Shown one piece after another: positions 49,639-60,819 of a stretch of 64,000 bases of DNA. The stretch covers positions 372,001 through 436,000 of the forward strand of contig NW_003314384.1 in assembly GCF_000143415.4 (NCBI RefSeq), read 5' to 3'. Position 1 is the first letter of the stretch. Every line of letters starts with the position of its first letter. The translations under genes and the position numbers were made by a program. This DNA comes from Selaginella moellendorffii (lineage: Eukaryota > Plantae > Lycopodiophyta). The notes beneath the pieces are model-generated. The model saw only the letters and a list, made by a program, of their open reading frames with translations, did not search any database and was not told where the DNA came from.

Positions 49639-52600
49639 CATGCCTAGCTCCACTGCAGTGCTTTGAAACGAAATTGTAATAGGTGTCTTTCAGTTCTGCT
49701 CCATAAACAATTCCACACTCCTAACACATGATTTTGAAGTGAGTGCATCCACCCCGGTCATATGAAAACAATTCAAACTTGTCTTTCCTCCCTTTTGCTC
49801 TCATTTTTCTCTCATTCTGCTTGAACGATCTCTTCCAGTCATGTATCTCTCTAGCTGAAGCAAGTTTGGAATTCAAACTAGGTAAAAATCCAGTTGGACC
49901 TTCTTCATGAGCTTCACTAGTTGCTGCTGAAGATTGCCCCTCTTGAATTGGTTCTACTGCTGCAAGATTAAGCATATGAACCAGAACTTCAGCTCCAAAA
50001 AATGGATATCTCTCCTGCCTACATGTCATTGCAAGGGAAAGGGCACCCAAGAAGACAAAATCACTCTTAACAAGACCCTCAATCTCGTCTGAAACAATAG
50101 CTTGGCGAAGCTGATGATAAGAACACTCCCTTTGAACCCTGACAAAACCCACAGGCTTCTTTTGATCCCCATCCTTTACATACACAATAACATCATGCTC
50201 CATACCTACCACACCTGAGATATATTGCCCTCTACAGCCTGCTACTATAGAGAGCCCTAGAGGAGCTCTACCTCCTCCCCTACCCGTACGTATGAAATTT
50301 TTCAAATTAAACTCAACCCTAAGGCCTATATGTATACATATGGTTTGCACCCAAAATAACCCTAATCCATACATGCAGATGATATATACAGTTATATAAG
50401 AGTGACCACCCCGAGGCTTTTGTATGAGTGGAGAGCCTGTAGTTAGCCCACGGCTTGAAAGTATAACTGCTGATGAGGATAATTTAAATACCATGCTAAT
50501 CCTTGTGGTGGGTGCTATTTGCCTTATATATCTGACAGTGTTCTGGAATTATATGCTTTAACAATTTTGCTAGCTACCCTATCTTGAAACCCTAACAATA
50601 TTAGAACCAGAGGCGAACCCACAACCGCATTAGGGACCGCACAATCTTCATCTGACGGCCTAGTCTTTTAGAACTCAATTATAAACACAAGAGACAACTC
50701 AGCCACACTTTTGTTTGTTTAAGCGATTTTACAGTTTTGTATTGCTTGCTCCTTGGTGGAGTATGCTATGGAGCGAGTGGTGGTGATGGTGGACGTGTGA
50801 CATTTGATCGCGCAGCTATGGCTGTGCTCTGGAGAGCTTGGTGTGCAGGATCTTGGCCATGGTAAGCAGCAGCAACACAATGTGGGCATTCACCTTCCTT
50901 GATTTGCTCACGTCTGGGCATCGACGAGTGTGCTCGGGAGAGCTGGGATGCCGCCACAAGAAACAAGCATAGCATCAAGGCATTCTGGGATTGCATGGAC
51001 AAGCTATTACTGGGAGATGCTCAGGAAGATCACGCTGCTGCTGCTCCTCTCCATGGCTGGGAATTCCACATCGCGAATGCATTGCTACTGCTTCTCACTG
51101 CTTACTCGTAAGATCCGCTGCTCCTCGACGACAATGATGATCGCGGGAAGTTGATGCTGCTACCCATCACCCGCCCGAGCTTGTTGCTAGTGCTGTCCAC
51201 GGTGCCATCCCGGCAAGAGCTCCATGCATTCCTCTCACGTCCTCGGACACAGCTGGGCTTCCTGAAGAAGAGCAAAGAATTGCTTCTCTCCATAAGCTCT
51301 TGCAAAAGAAGAACGTACATGCCCTTTGGTTCCAGCCGCCGGGAGAAGCCACCGCCTTGATGGATTTGCTCCAAGCTGTCAAGAGCTCCTCCTCCTCTTC
51401 CTGGGGTTTCTCGTCCGTGGACACCTTCCTCATCGCCACCCTTGTCATGCCACACCGTCTCCTCCTTCCAGTGCTTTTGCTGCCACTAGTTTTCGCACGC
51501 ACCACCCATACTACTCCTCCGGCCAAGCTCTGTGTGTGCATCTCGGACAAGCACCGCTTTGTGTGTCACGTTGGCATCACATCACTGGGTGAGAGCACAA
51601 GTTTGGATGAGCACGGGTGTTCCAAGATTCATCTTGCTGTCACTGTCGTGCTTCCACACAGCAATCGAACTGTGGCCTCAGTGCAGCAGCAAAGAGTAGT
51701 TGAGACATATGTCATGTACCAGCATCGGCAAAGGAGCAGGGTCGGCAAGGAACTGGAAGCGCGAGATGCGAGTTGCTACAATGGCTTGAGCACTTGCCCG
51801 AGGAGCTCGTCTGCCGGCAGCAGCATGAGCTCAGCTTGACCCTGCTCTTCCTGGCATGTCAAGTTGCTGTTGCTCTCATGGATATGGAGGTTACACAGGG
51901 TGGGATGACGAGACAGGTGAAAGGATTTCTGGAGCCACTGTGCATCTCATCGGCCATGTTATGTATAGTCACAGGAAAACACGCTCTCACCAGCGCAAGA
52001 GTTTCAAATGCCTTGGACAATGCAAAGCAACCATCCACACGGCTGCTCTCAGGTAGCTGGAATGAGGCGTGGGGCTGGTGTATGAAGTTGCTGGTCCAGA
52101 ATGCAAGGATTGACTGGATGGACCCAGTATTCAAAGAGTCCATGTACCCAGGAGTTAGTTGATTCCAAGTACGGATGGGTCTTTAGATCTGTTGATAAAG
52201 CATCTCAGGAATGTACCTTTTGGCATGTGCTGCCACAATGCATCTACCACCAAGGGCTCTTGCAAGATTATATAGTGAATCTTTGTTGTAATTGACAAAC
52301 CGGGAGCTTGAGCTTCATTATCGGTGACTCCTCTAACTATTGGTGCAAAAGGTTTGGCTCCATCACTGCTCCCAAGGAAAGTTGCAATACCACAGTCTAC
52401 AAGAGTCATGCCCCTCTGAATCATGGTTCATGAAATATGCATGAAGGATGATCACTGAAACAGGCCGAGAACCTGGGGTCCATCACTTTTGAGAGATGAA
52501 GTAGGTTTCCTGTGGAACGATCCTGAGATGGCAAGCTTTATGGAAGATCTGATATTTACTTACTATCTCTTAGGTTAGACAGAATGATGTGATATTGTGA

Positions 52601-53096
52601 TATTTAGGTTCAATCTCCATAATGTACTCCTCAATAGCGGTTGAGAGAAGTCTTCTCCTTCCTGTGTAGGTGGAGATAACAGCTAGCATGTCTAGTCGAC
52701 TAACATCTATAAACCTTACCATGAATGCTTGGATATTGCTGCCATCAAACCCTCCCTCCCTGGGGCAGTCGGATGCTGAGGCTGCAGCCTCTAGCGCCTC
52801 TTCCAAGAGCGAATGGCTGAGGCTTGGTTCTTCCTCCACTGCTGCTAGGTGCTGGACGACGTTCCATCTTGGACACAGCAGTGTAAAACAACAAACAGAG
52901 AGATTTTGGAGTGATTCTTCCCTAAATCTCGCGGCGGATGCCCCCACCGTTGGTAGCAAGTGTGGGAAGATTGGGCACTCTCCCCTTTGTGCTCTCCCTC
53001 CTCTAGCTGCACCTCCAATCACGGCAGCCATGGTGCTGGACGCTGTGCTTCTCCACACCCTAACACGCCAATCATTTTTTAGCTCCCCAGGTTGAT

Positions 53097-56000
53097 GAAA
53101 CATGTATGTACATTCCCCAATGTCCCGTAGGGACTAATACAAAAACCATGCATGCTGCCTGAAGCTCGTGCTACCTAGTGGAGATCTCCCTCATCTAAAG
53201 TGAGACTAAGCCTGCAGTAGAAGCGGCTGCGGTCACCTCTGTCGTATCGTGTCCAGATCCAAGTCCCCCCTTCATGCTAACCGCAAGATCAACTCTAGGG
53301 GTTGCCATCTCCAACGAACTTTATTGTGGTCTCCTTCACCAAAACATGGTAGCCATGCTTTCTGCCACTCCTCAAGCCTCTCGAGCTTCCCCCTATCTCG
53401 GAGGATAGCATGGTGAATCCGTATTGCTGCCAGTGTTAGTCTTCACCACTCTACCAGTACCTGTGATACTCTGACTTGTGTCCCATCGAAGTGTGCCCAG
53501 CTACGTGCTTCCCAGTGGGCCTGGACTCCCGTCACACTCCATATCGCCCATCGAGCATGGCCAAGTGCCTCCCACACATGGACTCCTATCTCTGCCCCGG
53601 TTGCATCCCATCAGACTTGAATCCCCCAACCGTGTCGTCCTCTACACCTGATGTGTCGCAGGGCTGGGCCCTGGGCAGGACCCCTCGCTCCCTCGAACCA
53701 GTGGAGCACGTCCCCACAGTGGGCCTCAAAATCCTGTGTAACACCCAGCTCCTTCCCTACCTTAATGATCTGGCGCCACACCTCCTTTGCAATGTTGCAC
53801 TCCCACATCACATGCTTGACTGTCTTGATGTCGCCACACTCCTTGCACCTGTGACTCATGTCATCCTAGAATTGCTGTCCAACTAGGAGCCCATTGTTTG
53901 CTACCAACCATGAGGTGACTTTCACTTTTTCCTGCATGGGCAGCTTCCACCACCTACTCTGCATCCACCCCATGTGCTATCCACTTCTACCATAGCTTCA
54001 GAATCTCCTCTCTTGCCTCCTCTCATGATGTCAATAGTCCATTATGCTTCCTTGACCTCATAGGAGAAAAAGCTTCCTGTTCCTCGTTGCCATGCAGTAG
54101 GGTCCCAATCCAGATCTTCAAGTAGTTGCTGTTGCCACCATATTAGTGATCCATCACCCTCCAGGAGTTCATCTGATTCCACCATGTCCAGCCTCTTGGG
54201 TGACTGCCTAAGCACACAGATCCTCCCACATACCTCATCATCTGTGACATCTAGCATCACTTGTCTCTCACATGTCGGAAGAAGTGTATCTCCTCTCATG
54301 ACGCAAAAAGGCCATCCTATGTTGTGCTTTGGTGCAGCGATGAACCACACCTCGACGTCCCCTTCTTCCCATGCTGGTGTAGGTGTAGTGAATGCTAGAG
54401 TCCACGTCCCCAATGGACGTCACACTGCATCGTGCTCCTCCCACTCTATTTGCCGCTGGATCGCCACAACGTCCCTTGCTTTAAGGCATCTTCTTGGCCA
54501 CTTTGTCCCTGCTTTCTTTTCGTTCACCACTTGGAGGAGTCGCAGAACGTCCAGCAGGATGTTGCATCGCTTCCAAGGTCCAAACAGTTGAGTCCTTCTC
54601 ACTGTTTGCCACTAATCCTTGTCGATCACTCCTGCCAATTGTTTCATGGTCTAGAAGCGTTTGCATGCATTTTCCTCCAGATTGTGTGGTGTGTCTCTCG
54701 TCCTAGTGTCACACCTCCCACCTTGAATAGTGCATTGAAAAACAAAGGCTGGTTAAGCCACTCCTTGGCCCTGGTCAGTGGTGTTTGCTCCAGTGGAAAG
54801 GCTCTCCACAGTCAGTAAAGGCTTTGGATGAAGTTGCCCCCTTTCACTACTTGAGTTGGTCCTTCTGCAAAGAGCCACCGTGGGTCCTCCTCCCACGGTT
54901 TGGCTGCATTGTGTTTGGGGCATATGGCTAGGAGGCTTTGTTGGAACATGAGTCGCCATGGCTGTCTCCCTGTTGCAAGCCCATGAAGAAAATCTTGTAC
55001 CTCAACACCTTCACCATGTCGCTGGGGTCAATGATCTTGAGCCCCCCTAGGATGCACAATCTTGCTGTCGACTGCCATGCCACCTTAGCCATGGTTTGCC
55101 TTGTAGCCAATGCTCCATGCCATACGTAGGTTTGCACCATCTGTCTCACATTTTGCCACTGGCCAGATCGAGAGGTGGTACCAGATGCTGGGGAGGATCA
55201 CGCTCTTGACTATACTATGATCTGAGCTGGGAGCCCGAGTTTCCTTGGTGTCCATTTCTATACTGCAGTTCGGATCCTCCTGAGCAGCATATCATCCTGT
55301 GTGGCCGCATTGTACTGGACCCCAACCTGTATGCCAAGGTACTGAGTGTCTTCGTCAGGGCACAGCCACTGAAAGCCTATCTCCTGTCCCCAGGCCTCGA
55401 TGCCGGGCTTTCCCCAGTTCACTCCTACTGACTTGTTCCAGTTTATGGCTGCTCCTGCTGCCATATTGAAGATTTCCAGCTTGGACCTTGCTGCGTCTAG
55501 GTTCCCCAGGGTGGCAAGCAGGAAAAGTGCGGTGTCATCTACAAAGGCCCTGTCTTGCAGCTCTTGTGCCACGACTTGAGTTCCCTAGAGTTGTAGCTGT
55601 TCAGAAGGCAGCATCAGGCCTTTTATATCCCCTCCATGCGTGAGGAAAGAGCCCAACATCTCTGCTACTATCAGAAACAGGTAGGTGGCGAGTGGACATC
55701 CCTGCCTCACTAAGCATCCCAAGTGGAAGGTCAGGCCTATCTCTCCATTTAGTGTGACCTGGCTTGATGCTTCCCTATACAGAAGTGAGATACACGAGAC
55801 CATCCTTGCCGGGATCCCTATCCTCCGCATGCAATCCTCCAAGAAGTCCCAATTGACTCGATCATAGGCCTTCTCAAAGTCTAGTAGCCACACTACAATC
55901 TGTTGATTTGAGACATTTTCCCACCGTTGTGCAAGGAAGTACGTCCATATGTTTTCCATGATCTGTCGTCCCAGCACGAATCCCATCTATTGTTCTCTGA

Positions 56001-59000
56001 TGATGAGAGGCATGATTGGCTATAGCTTGAGTGCCATCGTCTTTGCATATACCTTGTACGATGTGTTGAGCATAGTTATAGGGTGCTAGTTCTTGAGCTC
56101 CTGGAGGTCTCCCTGTTTTGGAATCAATGCGATTTGTCCCTCTAGTATCTCTTCCGGCAGCACCCCTGTTTGCTGTGCACCTCGCCATGTCTTCAGGAGC
56201 ATCAGGCCAACGTCGTCCCAAAACTCCTCATAGAATGCCAGAAGGAGGCCGTCCATACTTGGCATCTTGTCATCGTTCAGCTGTTCCAGGGCTCGGTGGA
56301 GGTCTTCCAGTGAAAAGTCGGTCACCAGCATCTCCAGGTACTCATCAAGAACTCTGCGTGGAAGAAAGGACAGCACTCTATTTGTAGTGTGTCTCCTATC
56401 CTGGGACCAGGGCTGGGCAGTGTATAGCTTCTGGTAGAACTCTTGTCCCAGCCCCTGCATTCCCTATTGATCCTCAACCACTTCTCCATCGTCCTTCCTT
56501 AGTCCCAGGATTGGGGGGGAGTCGGTGACTGGACGGATCCCCTTGTAGAAAGCTTTGTTGAGAAGCCGCTCATTCATCGCCCAGCAATCCTCCATGGTAC
56601 GGAGTCCGGCACTCCAAGCCACATATTCTTTGTCCTGCAGCTCTACTTCCCTCTCATCCAGTGCTACTGTCCATCTGGCCTTGTCGTTTGTGTGTAGGAT
56701 CATTCTCTGTGCCACCGCCACCTTTTGTCTCACCAGTCTCACCTCCTTTAGGACTTCCCCTCTAAGCGCTGCCTACCTTTCCTAGAGCTTAGTGGAGCAA
56801 GTGCCCAGTGCCAGGACAAGTTCCCCTTTACTGCCGTCCAATGCTTCCTGGACGAGCTCCACTACTACCTGGTCAGCCATTGTGGCTTTGGTGATCTTCC
56901 TCTACACTACCATTCCTTTCTCCGCCTTTAGCTTGAGAATGCCTCGGAGTGGGTCGTGGTCTGAAAAGGTGGCAAACACAGGCCACGTTTTGAGTCCCCC
57001 TCCGTCTTGCTACAGCCTGGTAGAAGTGTAAATCCTGTCCAGTCAAGCTTGGCACCCCTTTGATTGATGTCTCATGAATGGATGGGAGTGTGCAGCGAAC
57101 CCTTCTACATGCTGGAGGTCCAGAACTCCCAGGGCTTTGACTAGCGCTGTCCAATTCTTTCTCTCTCTCCCCTAAATGGTTTCTAGTGAACCTCGCTGGT
57201 CACTCAAACCCTCCACCATGTTGAAGTCTCCTACCACAAGCCAGTCGTCCGCCACTCCTTGAGTGCTCTACTGGATGTCTATCCACATTTGTGTACGCTC
57301 TCTTCTTCAAGTGGGTGCATATACGTTGACAATCCCAACATGCCCAAAGTGTAGGTGTATGACCAACAGCTATGCTTTCCCTAGGACCAACACCCTATGG
57401 TCACGTACTTGCACTGACCACTTCGTAGAGACAATGATTGCTGCAAGGAGATCTGCCCAATGCTTCCCTCGACAAGCTCTCTTATCACCTCTTTGATTTT
57501 CATCTCCATTGGGATGTCCCACAATGCCACATTAAGTGGGACACTTCCCCCCTTCAGCCGTGCCTGGTCATCTGCCATGAACCTTGAAATCCACGGGTGA
57601 AAGGACACTGCCCAGCTATTGTCAATGAGTCCATGTAGCTCCTCTGCTCGAGCCTGTGCCTCCTCTGTCTCAAACACCACTGTGTAGCATCCATGTCCGT
57701 GTGGGAGTAGGTTCTTGATTGTAATCCCCTGCTCCAGCATAGCATTCAGCTAGTTCATGGCCATGTGGCCAGTGGGAAACTTCCCCCTGAATACTGCAAT
57801 CACTGCTCTATGTCATAGTTCTTCTTCTCTGGCTGCCACCACCTAGCTGAGTGCCTCGCCCAACTTGACTGCCTTTGCCGTCACCTTGTTTCCCTAACTC
57901 TCCGGAGTGAGGCTAAGTCTTAGAGGCTTCTGTGTGTGGGATTTCATTTACCACCTTTCCTTGTGCAGAGCAGCCTTCTTGTTCTCGCTCAACTCCCAAG
58001 TCACCTTGCTCCCCTGGGTCCTCCGGGTCTTGGTGTGGTGTGGTCCAACACTTGTCTTCCACCTTTTCCCACCCACGTCCTGCCAAGGCTGCCTGTGCTT
58101 TTCCTTTTGCTGTGCTATCCTTTTGTTGTTCCTGGTCCTCCTAAGAACGCATTTCCTCCTTGTGGAGGAACTCCTCCACCTCTTTTGCCATGCGAGGGCC
58201 TCCTTTGAGCTACTTTGGGTCTTTAACTTCCTGCGCACCACCTTGCGTTCTTTCTTTTTCTCCATCTTGTTCTTTTTGGCCTCTCTTTCCCTCTCCTGTC
58301 CCATTCGCTTCATCTCCTCCTCCTGTTCTTCCAGCAGTAGCACCAACGGCTTCACTCTTTTCCCCAGAATCAATTCCTCATTTCGTGTCTCCACCTTTTT
58401 GCTAGCTTCCGGGATCTCCTTGTCTTGGTCTCTTTGTTGTCCCACTTCCTACTCCTCTTGATCCTTCCACATGCTTGTCACTTCCTCTTGCACTTTAGTT
58501 TGTTGGGCCTCCTGGCTGTTTGTGTACTCTTGCTCTTTTGGTGTGACTAGTGCCTCTGTTGCAAGATCGAGGGCTTCTCTGAGAACAGGGCCAAGAGTTC
58601 GGTCTTCTCCCTTGGGGTGTGTCTCCTGGTGCCATACTTCAGCAGTGAGTATGTCTTGGTGGAGCTGTACTTCGTCCTAAGTGGCCTCCTGCAGAGTGTT
58701 CGCAAAGGTTCGGGGATCCCATTGCAGCAGTCCTCTCTCTGTCTGGTGTGGCATACATTGTTGCAGCACCGATAGCTGGGGCTCACAGTCAGGCTGATGA
58801 CTGGGAGACATCCTCCTCTTAAGTCAAGACAGTAGAGATGTTCTCACTTTGTTGGTCAGATCCGATATGCACCTGTGAGCAAACTTCTGGCTGAGTGACC
58901 CTCTCTTGGACTGGCCCTACCTTTCACTTGTGGCCCTGGTGAGGCAGCGGCTCACCTCTTCCCCTTGGACTTGCTCCTTTACCTCAGTCCTGTGTACCTC

Positions 59001-59440
59001 CGGTGTTTCCCTGTGCCTTCTCATCTGGTCATTTGGCGTCTCCAAGCCCTTCTCTTCTTCTGGATCCATCCTTAACTCTTGTGCATGATGACCTATTGGT
59101 ATCTCCACAACCGTGGCTGCCCTCATCGCTGCTGCCGCTGCCCTAGTGGTGACGCCCTGTTCTTACTTGGATTAGGGCATGTCCTGCCTTTGGTTTTTCC
59201 AAAGTCCGTCTTCCCCATGTTGAGAGCCACTCTAAGTCCCATGCACTTAGTGATGGGGGTGAGGAAGTTCAAGTCCAAAGTGCTGCTTGTGGAAACCTCT
59301 TCACGTGGTCCGTCACCACTGGCTAGATTACCTGAGCCTAGGAATCCACTTGCTTTCTGTACTTCCCTGTTAAGTGCATAGCTTTGCTGTAGAAGGCATC
59401 CATGCTGCGTGGGTGGTGAGGCTGGTTGAGACATCCCTGG
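53097..59440 (-). mobile_element. Near full-length degenerate L1-clade LINE (ORF1 with RRM-like part, APE endonuclease, RT, zf-RVT)
   Basis: VNVYAP and LVVGDFNMV (endonuclease); LDFEKAYDRVNW, RQGCPLA and FVDDT (RT); CKECGDIKTVKHVMWEC (zinc finger). Many stops. The 5' boundary is approximate. Confidence 0.9.
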
Positions 59441-59932
59441 CCCAGGTCCTTGTGCCCTTGAAGGCTCCTAAGCTCTATTTCGTTAAAGTGGGAATTGTCA
59501 TTATCCCACTTGTAAAATAAGGTTTCCAAACCTTTATATAGTATATAAATATAACAAAATTCAACTGCATTGAGGCACATGCCATTTTATTTTAAACAAG
59601 GAAATGTCTACTCAATCACTTCTCCTCCCCCTGCCACTGCTTCACCTCTCTCTTCTCCTTGTCATCGTCGTCCAATTTCTTTCCATCTTTTTAATATTGG
59701 CTCAGTTGCTCCGAGTCTAGGTGGAGCCCAAGTCCCCATTCAATCTTTACTTTCTCCTTATTAATAAAACAACTTCATAGACTTCCAATAACATGCTATA
59801 ACACTTCTAGTATAATGAAAATCCTCTCAAAGAATTGTCTTTTAATATTAAAACAATGGCATGGAACCCCATGCCATAATAAGTTACATTTTTAAATAAA
59901 TACATGCCATCTCAGACTGTTATTTTTTGCCT

Positions 59933-60772
59933 CTAACGCCTATACAATAATCTTGGAATTTCATCACTCTCCACACTATCAGGATTTAAACCCAATAGTA
60001 ATGCCATCTCTTCTCTAATACGTCCACGCTCATGTTCAGTGGTCGAAGAACCCATCCGGTTGAGCAGATTATGGAGATGCGGATAGTGCTTGGCTAGACA
60101 ATATATATGCCATAAATGATGACTGGTGTCTGTCCGATCAAATGGCTTCTGATATACCGTTCCATCTGCCATTTGGTTGATTTCTGCAACCACCTCCTGG
60201 ACTGGCCGGTTCTCTATCACCATCGCTCCAAGCCGTTTTGCAAGGTCCCCCAGAATATACGGTTTCTTCTCCCTAGTTTCCATACTGCAAGAGATGGGGT
60301 GCACTGCATATGTGTGCGTGTTCGCTGCAGTTTTAATCGGCGAGTCATCGATGATGAGGATTTCACTTGACCTAGCAGTCCGGTTCATCACTACAGCCTC
60401 TGGCTTGACGAAGATGGGCTTGCTACCCCTCACATGGACCATAGTCAAGCAATCCTCCTGCGTTAGGAGAAAGTCAAATGGTAATATTACTCGCGTCTGA
60501 TCATGCATCATCTGTAGCAACGTTAATGCATTATGGCGCATCATGGATGTCCAAACTCCCAATTGCAAATTGAACCTGGCCCTCTGTTTTAAGTGTCGCA
60601 TGGTCATTATTAGATCTCGCAGTTTCTCCCGTGTGATTAATGTGAATCTGTCTCTTTTGACCAACTTGCGACCGCAGGCTTTGGAGGGTGCAGTGACATT
60701 CGAGGACGAGCCACGCTCATGGGAGAAAAGGACATCATTCAGATCAAAAACGATACAGTACCTTCGCCGTGA
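59933..60772 (-). CDS. FCP1/NIF-homology HAD phosphatase-like domain, probably the last exon of a larger gene
   Basis: IVFDLNDVL (variant of DxDxT), VWTS, K and IIDDSPIK match HAD motifs I-IV. An acceptor CTGAC...TTTCAG precedes the domain. Confidence 0.75.
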   Translation of the reverse strand, partial: SRRRYCIVFDLNDVLFSHERGSSSNVTAPSKACGRKLVKRDRFTLITREKLRDLIMTMRHLKQRARFNLQLGVWTSMMRHNALTLLQMMHDQTRVILPFDFLLTQEDCLTMVHVRGSKPIFVKPEAVVMNRTARSSEILIIDDSPIKTAANTHTYAVHPISCSMETREKKPYILGDLAKRLGAMVIENRPVQEVVAEINQMADGTVYQKPFDRTDTSHHLWHIYCLAKHYPHLHNLLNRMGSSTTEHERGRIREEMALLLGLNPDSVESDEIPRLLYRR

Positions 60773-60819
60773 CTCTGAAATGAAATGTGTCAGCATAAAA
60801 AATGGCACAAGTCAATTTT

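Larger units (their letters stand above)
35896..50415 (-). mobile_element. Decayed P-element-superfamily-like DNA transposon with nested insertions; transposase pseudogene ~50200 to ~38500
   Basis: 18-bp perfect TIR (35896-35913 / 50398-50415), extending imperfectly to ~45 bp. 8-bp TSD GCTTTCGT / GCTTTTGT. Motifs GPLIGHSSDGD, HNGKK, DKQNWGAAQRLCS and RTGSDICKNFFS parallel the P transposase core. Zn-finger-like CxxC..H..H segments lie N-terminally. Confidence 0.7.

Noticed and set aside
59440-59930. Possible transposon terminus downstream of the HAD gene
   Set aside because: AT-rich with short repeats, but no partner TIR or TSD inside the window.
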